Part shown: piece by piece, positions 23,270-35,554 of the stretch
Layout: each line of letters opens with the position of its first letter
Numbering within the stretch: the stretch's first letter is position 1
Source of the DNA: Adineta vaga
Lineage: Eukaryota; Animalia; Rotifera
Direction: 5' to 3'
DNA length: 64,000 bases
NCBI GenBank assembly: GCA_021613535.1
Contig: CP075496.1
Span: 434,001 to 498,000 of the forward strand
Position numbers and translations under genes: made by a program
The notes under the pieces: model-generated
What the model was told of the DNA's origin: nothing
What the model saw: only the letters and a program-made list of their open reading frames with translations
The model's database searches: none

Positions 23270-23348
23270 CCCAGGACGATGATTCCTGAAGCTGTTTTCC
23301 GTAAGTCTCCAGAACCGATAATTTCCGCACCGGATTGTCTGACCTGGG
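23270..23348. mobile_element. Short MITE-like element
   Basis: Imperfect terminal inverted repeats CCCAGGACGATGATTCC / GGATTGTCTGACCTGGG, with AT on both flanks. Confidence 0.5.
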
Positions 23349-24607
23349 ATACGGTGATTAATCACTAAGAACTTCTTAGAAATGACAGATTAAATGTCGA
23401 AAACGTAGAAAGTTGGTTTACTTGCTTTTTTGTGAAAAATCAAGGCTGCTATTAAAGCGACATGTTGATAGCTACATATTAATATCAAACATATATCTTC
23501 TTCCTGTTCAACTTCTTTTGGACGTTCTGGAAAATAATCATTACCATCACAAATATAAACAAAAGGATGAAAAGAAAAACAAATTATCATAACAGTGTAA
23601 AATGAGTTCATTACTTCGAGATTTTTATAAAATGACACCATATGAAAGAAAATGTGATTTGTTTTACTTTTTAGAGTGTTTATGTAGCTGACATACGCAA
23701 ACAAATATAGTCTGAATATGTATTACACAATCATCAGAAAAAATTTGTCAAGAAGACAGATTATGTTATTATATAGAAAATAAGCAATTTTGGCATACGA
23801 TAGATTAACTCTTATTCATCTCAAGTGTACAGTTACCCTTGCCAAACATTTTTTATATCTATTTTTTGCATTGCTTTGACATAAATCTAATCTGATTCGA
23901 GGCATATAGTCTTTATGCATTTATCGCAAACGTTGTTTTTTCATTCTCTCTTACTTTTTTAATCGATGTGCAATAATATAGAAAAGACAATGTGGATTTA
24001 CTGATGACTATTTTTACTAAAATTTTCGTAGATAAGTTTTTTTGATTGTATATTATTCATTATTAATTGTTGAGTTATGAAATCCGAATCATCTTTCATA
24101 TAAGAGAATACAAAAATTCTTGGAAAATCCATTCTAGCAACGTGCATAGAATTGATTCTTTACAAATGTTTGTTCTATTCTATAATTCTTTTTTCACATT
24201 TTAAATGAAAGGTTTGCATCAAATTACTGAACAAAATACTTAGACTTTATTATATTATTTTTCATCTAACAAACCAAGAAGAGTGTTTGAGTGTGATGAG
24301 AATAATATTTCTTAAAACTCAACACACTAATTTTCATAAAATATTAAACAAAAATAAGACTATCTAGATAGATCTTTAATTATGATTGTGACATCTGAAT
24401 ATATTTTATCTTTAAATATAAATAACATAATCTGAATACAAAGCTTGAGTTTTTTTTCATTTCTATTTTATTAGAATGAAGATTAAATCTTGATAGACAA
24501 TCTCTTTTTTCTTTGATCTTATGAACTCTCTTATTTTAACAAAAAAAAGGATCTATAAATATTCTTAAAATAATAAAATAAACTTTCATATAAGATTTTA
24601 CAAAAAA

Positions 24608-25591
24608 ATGTCCTCTTCAGAAGAAATAATTTATCTTGTATCTCAATGGTTAAATTATTTTTTTGGAATTCCAATTATTATATTTGGTATAATTGGTGCA
24701 ATCTTAACTATAATTGTTTTCATTCGACAACGAACATTTTGGCATAATCCAACCATCACTTATTTATTAGCAGGTGCATTCATGACTGCATTACATTTAC
24801 CAACAATTTATCTTTTAGTTGTTCTTGCTCAAGGTTTTAATATTGTTCTATTTATGAAATATGAAATTATCTGTCGATTATTTAATTATTTTCTTTATGT
24901 CACAACAGTTTCGGCTATTTATTTTCCATGTTTAGCTGCTTTTGATCAATATGCAAGTACAAGTCGTAATGCAGCTTTTCGAAATCGTTGGCACAATATG
25001 AAAGTTGTTCGTTTTGCAATTTGTGGAACAATTCTTTTCTGGTTAATTTTATATTTACCAGTTTTAATTGTTAGTGATCTTAGTCATGGTTATTGTTATA
25101 TAACAAGTTATAACATAAGAATAATGCTTAATTATATAACAGTACCATTATTTTTCACTATTATTCCAATTATTTTAATCATATTTTGTCTTCGAGGTAT
25201 TGTTCGAAATCTTCGTGGTTTTGTACTTAATAATCAACAAGATCGATTTGAAAGACAAATTCGTCGAATGTTAATTGCACAATTACTTGTTCTTGTTGTT
25301 TCAGGATTTCCTTTTGCATTAGAATCAGCTTATCTTGAAGCAACAGCTACATTACAAAAAAGTAATCTTCAAATAGCTATTGAAACTCTTACTTTAGAAG
25401 TTCTTCGATTCTTTTTTCATGTAAATTTTGTTGGAACATTTTATATTTATTTATATATTTCAAGTGAAGTACGAAAAACCCTTCGACAATTTTTTATGAA
25501 GATCCGTGGTTTTAATGCGATTGGTCCTATCAGAGTTACTGCTGACAATCAAAATATTTTACCAACACTTAATACTACAAATCCAACTTAA
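24608..25591 (+). CDS. Rhodopsin-class orphan GPCR, paralog A
   Basis: Seven TM segments, AAFDQY at the DRY position, FYIYLYISSEVRK at TM7/helix 8. Confidence 0.9.
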   Translation: MSSSEEIIYLVSQWLNYFFGIPIIIFGIIGAILTIIVFIRQRTFWHNPTITYLLAGAFMTALHLPTIYLLVVLAQGFNIVLFMKYEIICRLFNYFLYVTTVSAIYFPCLAAFDQYASTSRNAAFRNRWHNMKVVRFAICGTILFWLILYLPVLIVSDLSHGYCYITSYNIRIMLNYITVPLFFTIIPIILIIFCLRGIVRNLRGFVLNNQQDRFERQIRRMLIAQLLVLVVSGFPFALESAYLEATATLQKSNLQIAIETLTLEVLRFFFHVNFVGTFYIYLYISSEVRKTLRQFFMKIRGFNAIGPIRVTADNQNILPTLNTTNPT

Positions 25592-26399
25592 TAATTATTT
25601 TCAATGATTTAAAGTTCGAAAGTATCAGACTTATCATTTCATTTTACTTTTCTTATATATGTTGTATTTGTTTTTCAACTGTTGTCTTCTAAATTAAATG
25701 GAAGTTGTGGAGCTGCTCGTGGCATATTCATATTCACAGGATCTTATAATTATATAAGATACTTTTTCATTTTATCATCAGAATTGAGTGCAGATGTGAA
25801 AGGAAGCTGAGAATATAAATCTCGATAAAATAAATAAATTTTGCAAACAATAAATCATGTTGATATGTTTTTTAAAAAGAGAGAAATACAGTCGAAATTG
25901 TCAATCTCTGCTATTCAAAGAAGAAGATATATAGTAACTAAAGACAAGACAATTTTATATATAAAACAAACTATTTTCCATTTTTGTCGATTATTGTATA
26001 TTCATAAATTTCACATAATCGTAAAGTTGTTTGAAAAGAATTTGAATTTTCTAATGACTTTCTCGTATGAATACTATATGTCTAATCAAATGTTTGTTTA
26101 TACATTGAAGAGTATATAAATAATTTTAAAGTGAATAATAAATAATAGAATAATAATATAATTCATTTTTATATAAATAAAAACATAGAATTCAATCTTT
26201 ATCGAAAGAATTTTCAATTGTTTAAAAATCCTATTCTGTTTTTTAAACATCTTTTTTTTTTATATCGAAACCGAATAATAAATAGTATATTCTTTCGAGT
26301 AGTTCAATATGTCTTATCTAACGATCTAAGAAAAGTATTTGAATGAAAAAGAAAATATGATGTACAACCGAAAAAGTGAATTTCTACTAGAGAATATTA

Positions 26400-26790
26400 T
26401 AAATTTTCAGTGCAAGGATCCAATGGGCTCTCATTGATTTTACATAAAGTTGTATATTTATGAAATATCATAAAGATTTGATATACAGAGAAATCTGACT
26501 GAACGACAAGAATATTAATATGAAAAACATGATTTAAATACATATTTTTTTTAACTTTATTTATTATCATGATAAAGTGTATTAGAGATTGAAATATCAT
26601 ATATTTGGTATGACTGGATCAGTCTTTATTAGATGGTACTTTTATGACTGTAATAATAATTTATCTTTCAGTTGCTCGTCCTATTTCGCGTATGATGTAA
26701 CAAGGATTTGACAGGATACTGGATGTCATCCAATCATGCTTACCTTTTGTTATTCTACTAACTGCAAGTCTAAATATTATTCGTAGATGT
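26400..26790 (+). pseudogene. Highly degraded GPCR fragment
   Basis: Residual TM5-like peptide CLPFVILLTASLNIIRR at about 26736-26786 among stops and frameshifts; boundaries approximate. Confidence 0.3.
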
Positions 26791-27335
26791 TCAATATACT
26801 AAATCGTCATGTATGAATGAATATAATGAGATAGAAGATGATCTATGATATATGTTCTACAAACTGGATGTTTGACTACTGTAGTTAGAGTATAGTATGA
26901 TGAAAGAGAGTAATGATTTGTTGAGAAATAAAATGTAGAAGAAAAAATGTTTTATTTCGAATTTGTATTATTAACATTATATTAAAGAATAAAATGAATA
27001 CTTTCAATTTTGAAAGGAGTTTATGTGTTATAGTGATTTCCAGGAGATTCATTCTCATCACGCTTCGAAGCACCTTCCGTCGAGTAGATAAATTGCGTTT
27101 TCCTGGAAATTAGATAGCATACGTAACTGATCCATTATGTCATGTCTATAATGAAGAATAAATCCAATTTCCGGAGATTCGTTTGTTATCCAAAATACAT
27201 ACAATTTGCTGAGAATCGCTATAACGCATCATATGCTTGAAAGACAAGAATATAAATAAGAAAAAAATATGCCAGAAAAATCTTTTCAAAGAAAAACATG
27301 ATTTGTTTGAAAGAAAAAAGCATTTATCAAAAGAA

Positions 27336-28244
27336 ATGTCATCTGTCATTGATGTTCAAACTATTTCTACAATAACTCGTTGGCTTAATTATGTTCTTGC
27401 AATACCAATGATTATCTTTGGTATGATTGGATCAATCTTAACTGTTTTAGTTTTTGCAAGACGACGAACACTTTGGAATTATCCAACCATCACTTATTTA
27501 CTTGCTGGATCGATTATTACCGCAATACATTTACCAACAATTTATCTTTTAGTTGTTCTTGCTGATGGATTTGGCATTGTTTTATTTAATTATAATGACA
27601 TTATTTGTCGATTATTTAATTATTTTCTTTATGTCACAACAGTTTCGGCTATTTATTTTCCATGTTTAGCTGCTTTTGATCAATATGTATGTACATGTCC
27701 AAATGCAGCTTTTCGAAATCGTTGGCACAATATGAAAGTTGTTCGTTTGGCAATTTGTGGAACAATTCTTTTCTGGTCAATTTTGTTTCTACCAATTCTT
27801 ATTATTTATCAACTTGTTAATAATTCATGTTCTATAACTAATTATTCTCCACGAGTATTGAAGAATTATGTAGTAACACCATTATTTTTTACGATAATTC
27901 CAATTATTTTGATTATATTCTTTCTCCGAAGTATGATTCGAAATATTCGTTTACTAAAACTGAATAATTATCAACAAGATCGATTTGAAAGACAAATTCG
28001 TCGAATGTTATTTGTTCAATTAATTATTCTTGCTGTTTCAGGATTTCCTTTTGCATTAGAATCAGCTTATCTTGAAGCAACAAGTACGATACAAGAAACA
28101 AGACTTCGTAAGGCTGTTGAGAATCTTGTTTTACAAGTTCTTCGATTCTTTTTTCATGTAAATCTTGTTGGAACTTTTTATTTATATATTTCAAGTGAAG
28201 TACGAAAAACTGTTCGACAATTGTTTATGAGATTTCGTGATTAA
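27336..28244 (+). CDS. Rhodopsin-class orphan GPCR, paralog B (C-terminally shortened)
   Basis: Clear paralog of 24608-25591; ATG at 27336 (MSSVIDV); 2-codon deletion in TM7 (FYLYIS vs FYIYLYIS); TAA at 28242 falls where similarity to paralog A still continues (NGIFP vs NAIGP). Confidence 0.85.
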   Translation: MSSVIDVQTISTITRWLNYVLAIPMIIFGMIGSILTVLVFARRRTLWNYPTITYLLAGSIITAIHLPTIYLLVVLADGFGIVLFNYNDIICRLFNYFLYVTTVSAIYFPCLAAFDQYVCTCPNAAFRNRWHNMKVVRLAICGTILFWSILFLPILIIYQLVNNSCSITNYSPRVLKNYVVTPLFFTIIPIILIIFFLRSMIRNIRLLKLNNYQQDRFERQIRRMLFVQLIILAVSGFPFALESAYLEATSTIQETRLRKAVENLVLQVLRFFFHVNLVGTFYLYISSEVRKTVRQLFMRFRD

Positions 28245-29581
28245 AATGGAATTTTTCCTGTTAATGCTGTTCTTTAACAATCAATTTTTTTGAAGAATTG
28301 ATGCAAAATGAACAGTATATTTAGGATCCGCACACAATGAACAAGGATCTAGATCGAGACAATATCAAAGAAGATAGATGATGAAATCGAAATCGAGGTG
28401 AAAGATATAAGACCGAAAGAAAAACATATGTGAATACTAAAGAAGATGATTAAGATCATCCTTTAACAATATTGTATATATTTTTTCTAATAATTTTTGT
28501 CTTGTAAAATAAAATAAACATTTAAATCTATTTGTTTTTATTATTATGAATGATGCACATGATTATCGTTGGTTGACTCCCTCAAATTTTGATATATTTA
28601 CAAGAAATAAAAAACATCGAATTCATTATAACTAATACATTTTATTTCTCATTAGATATATTCATCAATTGATTCAAATTAATAAACTTTCTTCAAAGAA
28701 AATATACGAAGATATTAAAGAATCTTTGAAAAGAATTCTTATTAAAAATCAAAATCTTATTCTTTCATTATACATTGAAGATGATACTTGTATGGAGAAT
28801 TTAAATAGATATTTTCTAACTTATTCATCTTCAATAATTTACTTTACATTGAATCGAATTCTTTAATTTCATTTCCATAATCTTTTGTCATTAACTATTG
28901 ATTTTTGACTATATATATACTCACCGATTTTTCGATTCATTCGTCGAAATTAATCATTGATTGTTAATTATAAATTCATGTTTAATACAATAAAATTTAC
29001 TCATTTAATTATCAATTGTTATATTATCAATGACAATTATCGAAACAAATTGTTTATTTAATAAAAAATACTGATATTTTTGTGTCGGTGTATTATAGTT
29101 AAAAATGAAATAACAGAAGTCAAAGTAAAATAAATCACTAAAATGGAACAAGTGACGTTTATTCTTTACCTTTGTTATTGTATAAAGCATTTTCAAGTAA
29201 ATCTTATGGATCATAAAAGTATAATGATTAATTTTGGTTAAGATCAATGAAAATGTTTCTTTTCTCACTTGTTTATGTTTTCATATTTCAAACAACAACA
29301 ACAAATTATCAATATCGAGTTTTTATTCGATAATTATACAATCAAACATTTAGACGATAGTATTATTTGAATCATTTATTAATCTTGATTTTCCAATGAA
29401 TAAATTTATATATTGTTGTATTATGTGATAAGAAATATTCGTATGTGACGTCAGAAAAAGATAATAAAAATATATCCAGTTTATCTCTAAACTAGTCATG
29501 AGTAATTCGTCAATTATAAATAAAGAAAATATCTATTTCTAAAAATAATTTTGACAAACGAATATTGGTGAAAATGAAATT

Positions 29582-30724
29582 ATGTCTAATTCAACATTAA
29601 CTACAAATATTCGAATAGAACATATTGATTCTGAACGCATTTGGAATCCTGAAAGTGTACCAAAAGAATTTTTCTGTCCAATATGTTCGTGTTTATTATG
29701 GAAACCACGTTCTTGTGGATCTTGTCAAAATATCTTCTGTGAAATTTGTATTTCAAAATGGTTGAAAACGAATACGTGATGTCCATTTGGATGTGAAGAA
29801 TATGACGATAAACGTTGTTCACCACAAATTCGATGTCAAAGTACTCCGTTTGGTTGTAAAGTAGTACGATTTTATGATACATTAGAAACACATCAAACAA
29901 ATGAATGTCAATATCTATCTATTCGATGTCGATATTGTGAAAATCTGATGTTAATCAATAAAATTGTTGATCATGAACAAAAGTGTGGTCAACAACTTAG
30001 TGTTTGTATTGAATGTAATCATCGTTTTCCTTTATGTTCTATGAATGAACATCAATTATCTTGTATAACAAACAATACACAACAATTTCAAGAAAATTTT
30101 ATTCATTCTAATGCTTTACCGTTCGAAAACAATGGAACATTTCAAGCATTAAATCAAGTACTTTTTACAGAAGAAGAACGAGAAATTCAGTTAAATTATT
30201 ATAATTTATCGTGGTATTCTCGTTTATTAGTTTTAGCTTCTGTTATTTATCAATATCCATTCAAGATTCCATATATTAGTCTTGTTATATTATACATAGG
30301 CATTGTCCTTTTCTTTTCATATGTTTTAGGATGGATACTCGTCATCTTTGCTTTTTGTTTTCGAAACATATTTATCGGTTTTCTTTCAGTTATCTTCTTC
30401 ACTGGACTTTTTCATACTTTTTCATCATGGTTTTTCAATTTAACTGATGAAAATTTTATTCTCTTTTTTTTTACTCTCATTTTCTATTTAATAGGATTTT
30501 TATTGATTTACATTGGTGCTCCTTTCATAGAAGGAGATCATTATATACCACTTGGTACATTAATACATCTTGGATATATTATTATGTGTAAACTTCTTTT
30601 ATTCTTCATTCGTTTCTATTTTCAATGGATTCCAGCTTATGTAACAGCAACTTTCACCACTGGAATTGGTCTTTTCATTACTTCAATACATCGACATATT
30701 TTGTCATTACAAGTACCAACTTAG
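29582..30724 (+). pseudogene. RING + TRAF-type zinc finger + multi-TM protein with in-frame TGA
   Basis: CPIC...CGSC...FCEIC RING continues in frame through TGA 29777-29779 into CPFGC, then FGC...H...EC...CRYC...HEQKC TRAF fingers and the hydrophobic C-terminus of ORF 29948-30724 (same frame). Confidence 0.75.
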
Positions 30725-33541
30725 AAACGATTGTCAGAGTTAACTGATATACTGAACAAAACGTATATTCAAAAAAGAGCGGATTGATTAGTTATTGCTC
30801 GTTGTTTTATCTAAAGAATGTAAGAGAATTTCTCTAGAGTGAGTTTGAGGTTGTATCTATCAATGAAATGAAATGAAATGAAACAAATATGACCTCGAAA
30901 AAGGAAAAAAAGAATTCAAATTGACTCTTTTTTTTTAAATTCACAAAAATCTGTGATATATTTTATTGATTTTAATTTTTTGAAGATTTTTTTGAAATAA
31001 AATTCTATGACACACTGTTTTATCAAACAGTCAATATACTAAGATATCAAGACATTATTTTATCAAAAGTAAATTGACCAACTATTTCAACAAACGAGAA
31101 AATAAAACTTTTATTATATTCTTCTTTCTTCATATTATGTAAATATATCTTACAATGATCTCTTTTTTCTTATTACTCTAATGATTGGTTTTGTTTTAAA
31201 CAGGATTCAATTTTTCTCGAACAGATAAAATGTGCATTATTCATTCAAATACTTTTCTTATTCTTCATTTAAATCAAAATAAAGAACTATTCGACATAAA
31301 ACCAATTTATTTCAATTTGAAATATTCTTTCTTTTTTTATACATAGAATTATAAAACAACATAAAAATTATTCATTTTGATACAAAAATATATATATATG
31401 CTACAGGGCAAATTAAAATTATTTCGATTTTTTCTACATTCTATTAGAATATTATTAGAATTTTGATTTCCAAAGTCTTGGGGGTGTGGACGTGTGCGAC
31501 CTCATTGTCTCACATTTCGTCCACATTCACCCAGCCTAGCAAGTGTGAATTTATTAATGTAGTTTAAAAGGCACAGTTTTCATTAACTTTGATACTATAT
31601 CGATTACAGCCAAAGTCGTACTTTGCTATTACGCCATCCCATCACAACAAAAAGACGCCATGGTAACTCAGCTTGACGTTTTCTAATAGATAGCTGATGT
31701 TCATTTCTTGTAGTTCTATTTAATATATTCAATTTTCCTCTATCGCAGTCCAAGGTCAGATCGAATATGTTATTATTACGAAATAAAATTAGTCACTTCT
31801 ATTCTAATCAAATATCGAAATATCTCGTCTATATATCTAATAAATGTTTTATTAAGTATTGCTAATGTAAAAGTGAAAACTTTTAATCGTATTGACATGA
31901 TACGTTTATCGATTATTACCTGAATATTTCAATAAGAGAAGTAAAATCATTGGCAAAAGTTTTTATTAGTTTTATGTTGGTATCATTTTATGAATTGTTC
32001 ACATATGTTCTCAATTTTGTTAACATGGAATTTTTTTTCTTAGATAAACTATTGCTCTTTTTCTAACTATAAAATATCAAATAAGATGTGCTGATGAAAA
32101 ACAAAAAAAAATAGCAATCAAACACGAGTTAAAGTTCGTCGATGAAAAGAGAAAATAAGTTTTCTACTGAATTAAGAAAATAAACTAATTATTGGAAGCT
32201 TGTCCGTTGAAACACGACTAAACCAATAAAACAATATTAGTTGATTTATAAAGCTCTATCATAAGACATTTTGTTAAATTTATTGACCATAACGATAATA
32301 CATGACATGACTCATTTGTCCAATTCTTTTCCTGTTCTTCTATTTAGTTAAAATAAAACGACCTCCACAAACAATTCGTATATTATGATTATAAAATTGG
32401 TTCATTTCAGTACTGTAATTCGTTATCATTTACTTCGACTTCATCCATTCATTTATGGATGAAATACATACTACACCATATATATCATCTACTAAAATAA
32501 ATTGAATTATTTCTTTTCTAGATTATAGTTTGAAATGATGAATTCCTCTGTTGCTGATATTCGAAATCTTTATCCAATGGTTGATAACAATTCTCTTCAC
32601 TTTTGCTTTCTCGTGGTGCATCATTTTCTAGAACAGTCTGGTTGGAAGCTAGTACACAAAGAACAGGTATGACAGAAATATCTTGTTGTATAATGTAAAT
32701 TTTAATCCATTGTTTTCTAAAAGGTGCTATTATTCCATGAATTATGGAATAATTATTTAACTCGACTTGACTGGAAATATAAGAACAATTCCAATAAGAT
32801 ACTTCAGACAAAATTACTTCATCGAGATGGTGAATTTGTGTTTTATCTCGAAGTAAGTTATTGGTAAATTTCGTTTAGATACCACGAAAATCAAGTCGAA
32901 AGTCCATCAAATTACAAATCAAACAATTGGAAAATAATCGAGAGTAAGTGATCGTTTTTTCTTATTATTTAACAAAACAAATACTTACCTATAGTGCTCA
33001 AGAAATCTTGTAAGTTTTATATTCAAAACTACAATCACAAGTGAATGAATTAGTACCAAACCATGAACAAAAAGAAGGAAAACAAGCAAACAACGAAGTA
33101 CGAAAATGTCAAAATTCAAATCATGGACATGATGATATATATGTTCAAACTTGTGTAAGAATATTATTCGTTTCAATCTTATGTGAACGTCTTTTCTTTA
33201 GACATCGACATTCAAAATACATTAACACCAACGCAGTAAGATGCGCTCGAAGCAAAACAATTAACCGCACCAAAATAAAATCTGAATTATTGCACAAGAT
33301 ATATAAAATATACGAGTATTTATTATAAAAGAACTCTCATAGTTCGTTCTGCTGATCACGTTTGTCTCTTATCAGAGTTTTTCTGTTATTCTCTTTGTTT
33401 AACATCTGAAATAGATGAGAAAAAGCCTTATCCTTTTGTTTTATCAATTTGTCCTTTCATTCATTGTTCTACCTGACGGCAGCTAATAAGATAGAGCAAG
33501 AGAATACATAAAGATAAAGAATTATTAAGAGAAGATAAAAG

Positions 33542-35278
33542 ATGCAACATATAACAATGAACATAGGATATTCAGATGTTCAATTAATAGATCTACCTGA
33601 TGAAATACTTTTATTGATTTTTAAAAATTTGGCCAATATCGAAGTACTTTATTCTCTGTTGGATGTGAACAAACGACTTCATAATTTAGCAAGTGATCGT
33701 TTTTTTACTGAATATCTAACATTACTAGTATATTCGCCGAATGGCATCAGAAGTACAATAATTAATTCGATGCTTGAACGTTTTTATAGACAAATTCTAC
33801 CTAATATTCATTCGAAAATCAAATGGCTCGATCTCGAATCATCATCTATGAAAGATATTCTTTCTGCAACTGAATATCCTAATTTACATGGACTCACTCT
33901 GTTTCATGTTGAACGTGAAACAGATTTATGTCCATTTGGTGGTAAGTTGTCTCGATCATTATCTTAACTGTCATAGACGACGAAAAATCATTCTTTATTG
34001 TTTAGATTATTCGTTTAAAAATCAAATTAGAACATTGATCATTACGATCAATGACACTAATTCATTAAAACAAAGCTCAGATTTAACCGCTGTTGTGTAT
34101 GATCAAATCTTTTCTCTATTCAAGAATGTAGTATGTGTAAAAGTCCAACGATCGCATGAATGGTATTATTGTACTATTGAACGATTAAAGTTTCGTCAGC
34201 AATCTCCAACATTTACTTCATCGACTTTAACGGAATTGTATGTCAATGTAGAAAATTCTAACGATTTGCTTTATCTACTAGATGGTCACTTTAATCAACT
34301 TCACACATTGCATGTGACTATTCATTTTTTGGATGAGTCATCTTAGTCGATCAAAAAGGTATAAGAATTAATTAGAAAAACAAGATAATGATAATTGATA
34401 TTTTTGTTTTCTAGGAAAGATTAATTAACTTGAAGATTTTCTCATTAACCTGTAGATTAGAAGTACTCTATTATGATGATACATTAGTGCCACTTTTGCA
34501 TCGAATGTCACATCTTGACGTATTATTTTTGAATGTTTGCATTGAACATAATATTCCTCACGAACCATTTATTGATGGAAATAACTTGAAGAATAATATA
34601 ATAAATTATATGCCAAGGTTAAATAAATTTGTGTTTAGTATTCATTCAAATATAGATCATTTATTACATCTACCTTCTAATGATGACATTCAACATACAT
34701 TCAAAGATCTTCAAAATTATCAAGTTGTGTCCTATATTCATTATTTTCCCAAATCTAATATAAGTCAATGTCATATCTATTCATATCCATATTATATGGA
34801 TAGTTTATATCGTCTTACCAATAGTTTTCCGGATGGATTGTTTGAATTTGTTTCCAAGATCTATTTATTTGACGAAAAACCTTTTGAACATGTATTTTTC
34901 ATGCGAATTGCTCAAGCATTTCCATATCTTAAGACATTGTTGATAGACAATAATTCACCACAAAAGTACAAACACGATTCAGAATCAAATGAAAGTGATG
35001 AAAATTTGAAAATCATAAAATATTCTCATCTTAATTTACTTATCATTAACTGTTCTCATGAAGATTATTTGGAACAATTTCTAGATTATAACAAAACGTG
35101 TCTGTCAAATCATATTAAACTTGTTGTAGATTATCGTTCTCTTCAAACAGTAACGCACAATTTCACAAGAACTTTGACACGAATCAATTGCGAAAAAATT
35201 CGATTCATCTATGATATTGATAAATATAATGTTCCAAAAAGTTTTTACAATTATTTTTCTCATATTGAAACGTTGTAA
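33542..35278 (+). pseudogene. F-box protein (rotifer-type F-box/LRR-like) with in-frame TAG in exon 2
   Basis: LIDLPDEILLLIFKNL F-box; introns 33942-34005 and 34359-34414 keep frame; family motifs LLDGHFNQL, FIDGNNL, CHIYSYPY, DEKPFEHVFF; TAG at 34344-34346 lies 12 nt before the donor. Confidence 0.8.
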
Positions 35279-35554
35279 CTTAAATTATTAAGTACCGTTC
35301 TGGATATGAAACCTTTTATATTAATGAATGATTGTCTTACTTCATCACAAATTATTAACGTACACAATAATCGTGAAATGCAACGAGATTGAACCCACCC
35401 TCAGATGGTCTTATTCTTGTATTTAATTATTCACTTGATTATATTAATATCTTTCTCTTTAGTCGTAAATATCAATATAATGAAAATATTGAATAATATT
35501 TCTGGAATAACTTTATTTAAAAATAAAACAACAAAAAGGAACATATCGAACAAG

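Noticed and set aside
28540-28990. Possible F-box/LRR-like remnant
   Set aside because: Too fragmented to support a call.
29777-29779. TGA next to Cys in the RING as possible selenocysteine
   Set aside because: It is not at a zinc-ligand position, is simply explained by CGA>TGA, and I saw no SECIS-like hairpin downstream.
32518-33328. Short ORFs on both strands
   Set aside because: No consistent splice model or motif.
17161-34346. Stop-codon reassignment or programmed readthrough
   Set aside because: All three stop codons are involved, they share no readthrough context, and all three terminate intact genes in this window.
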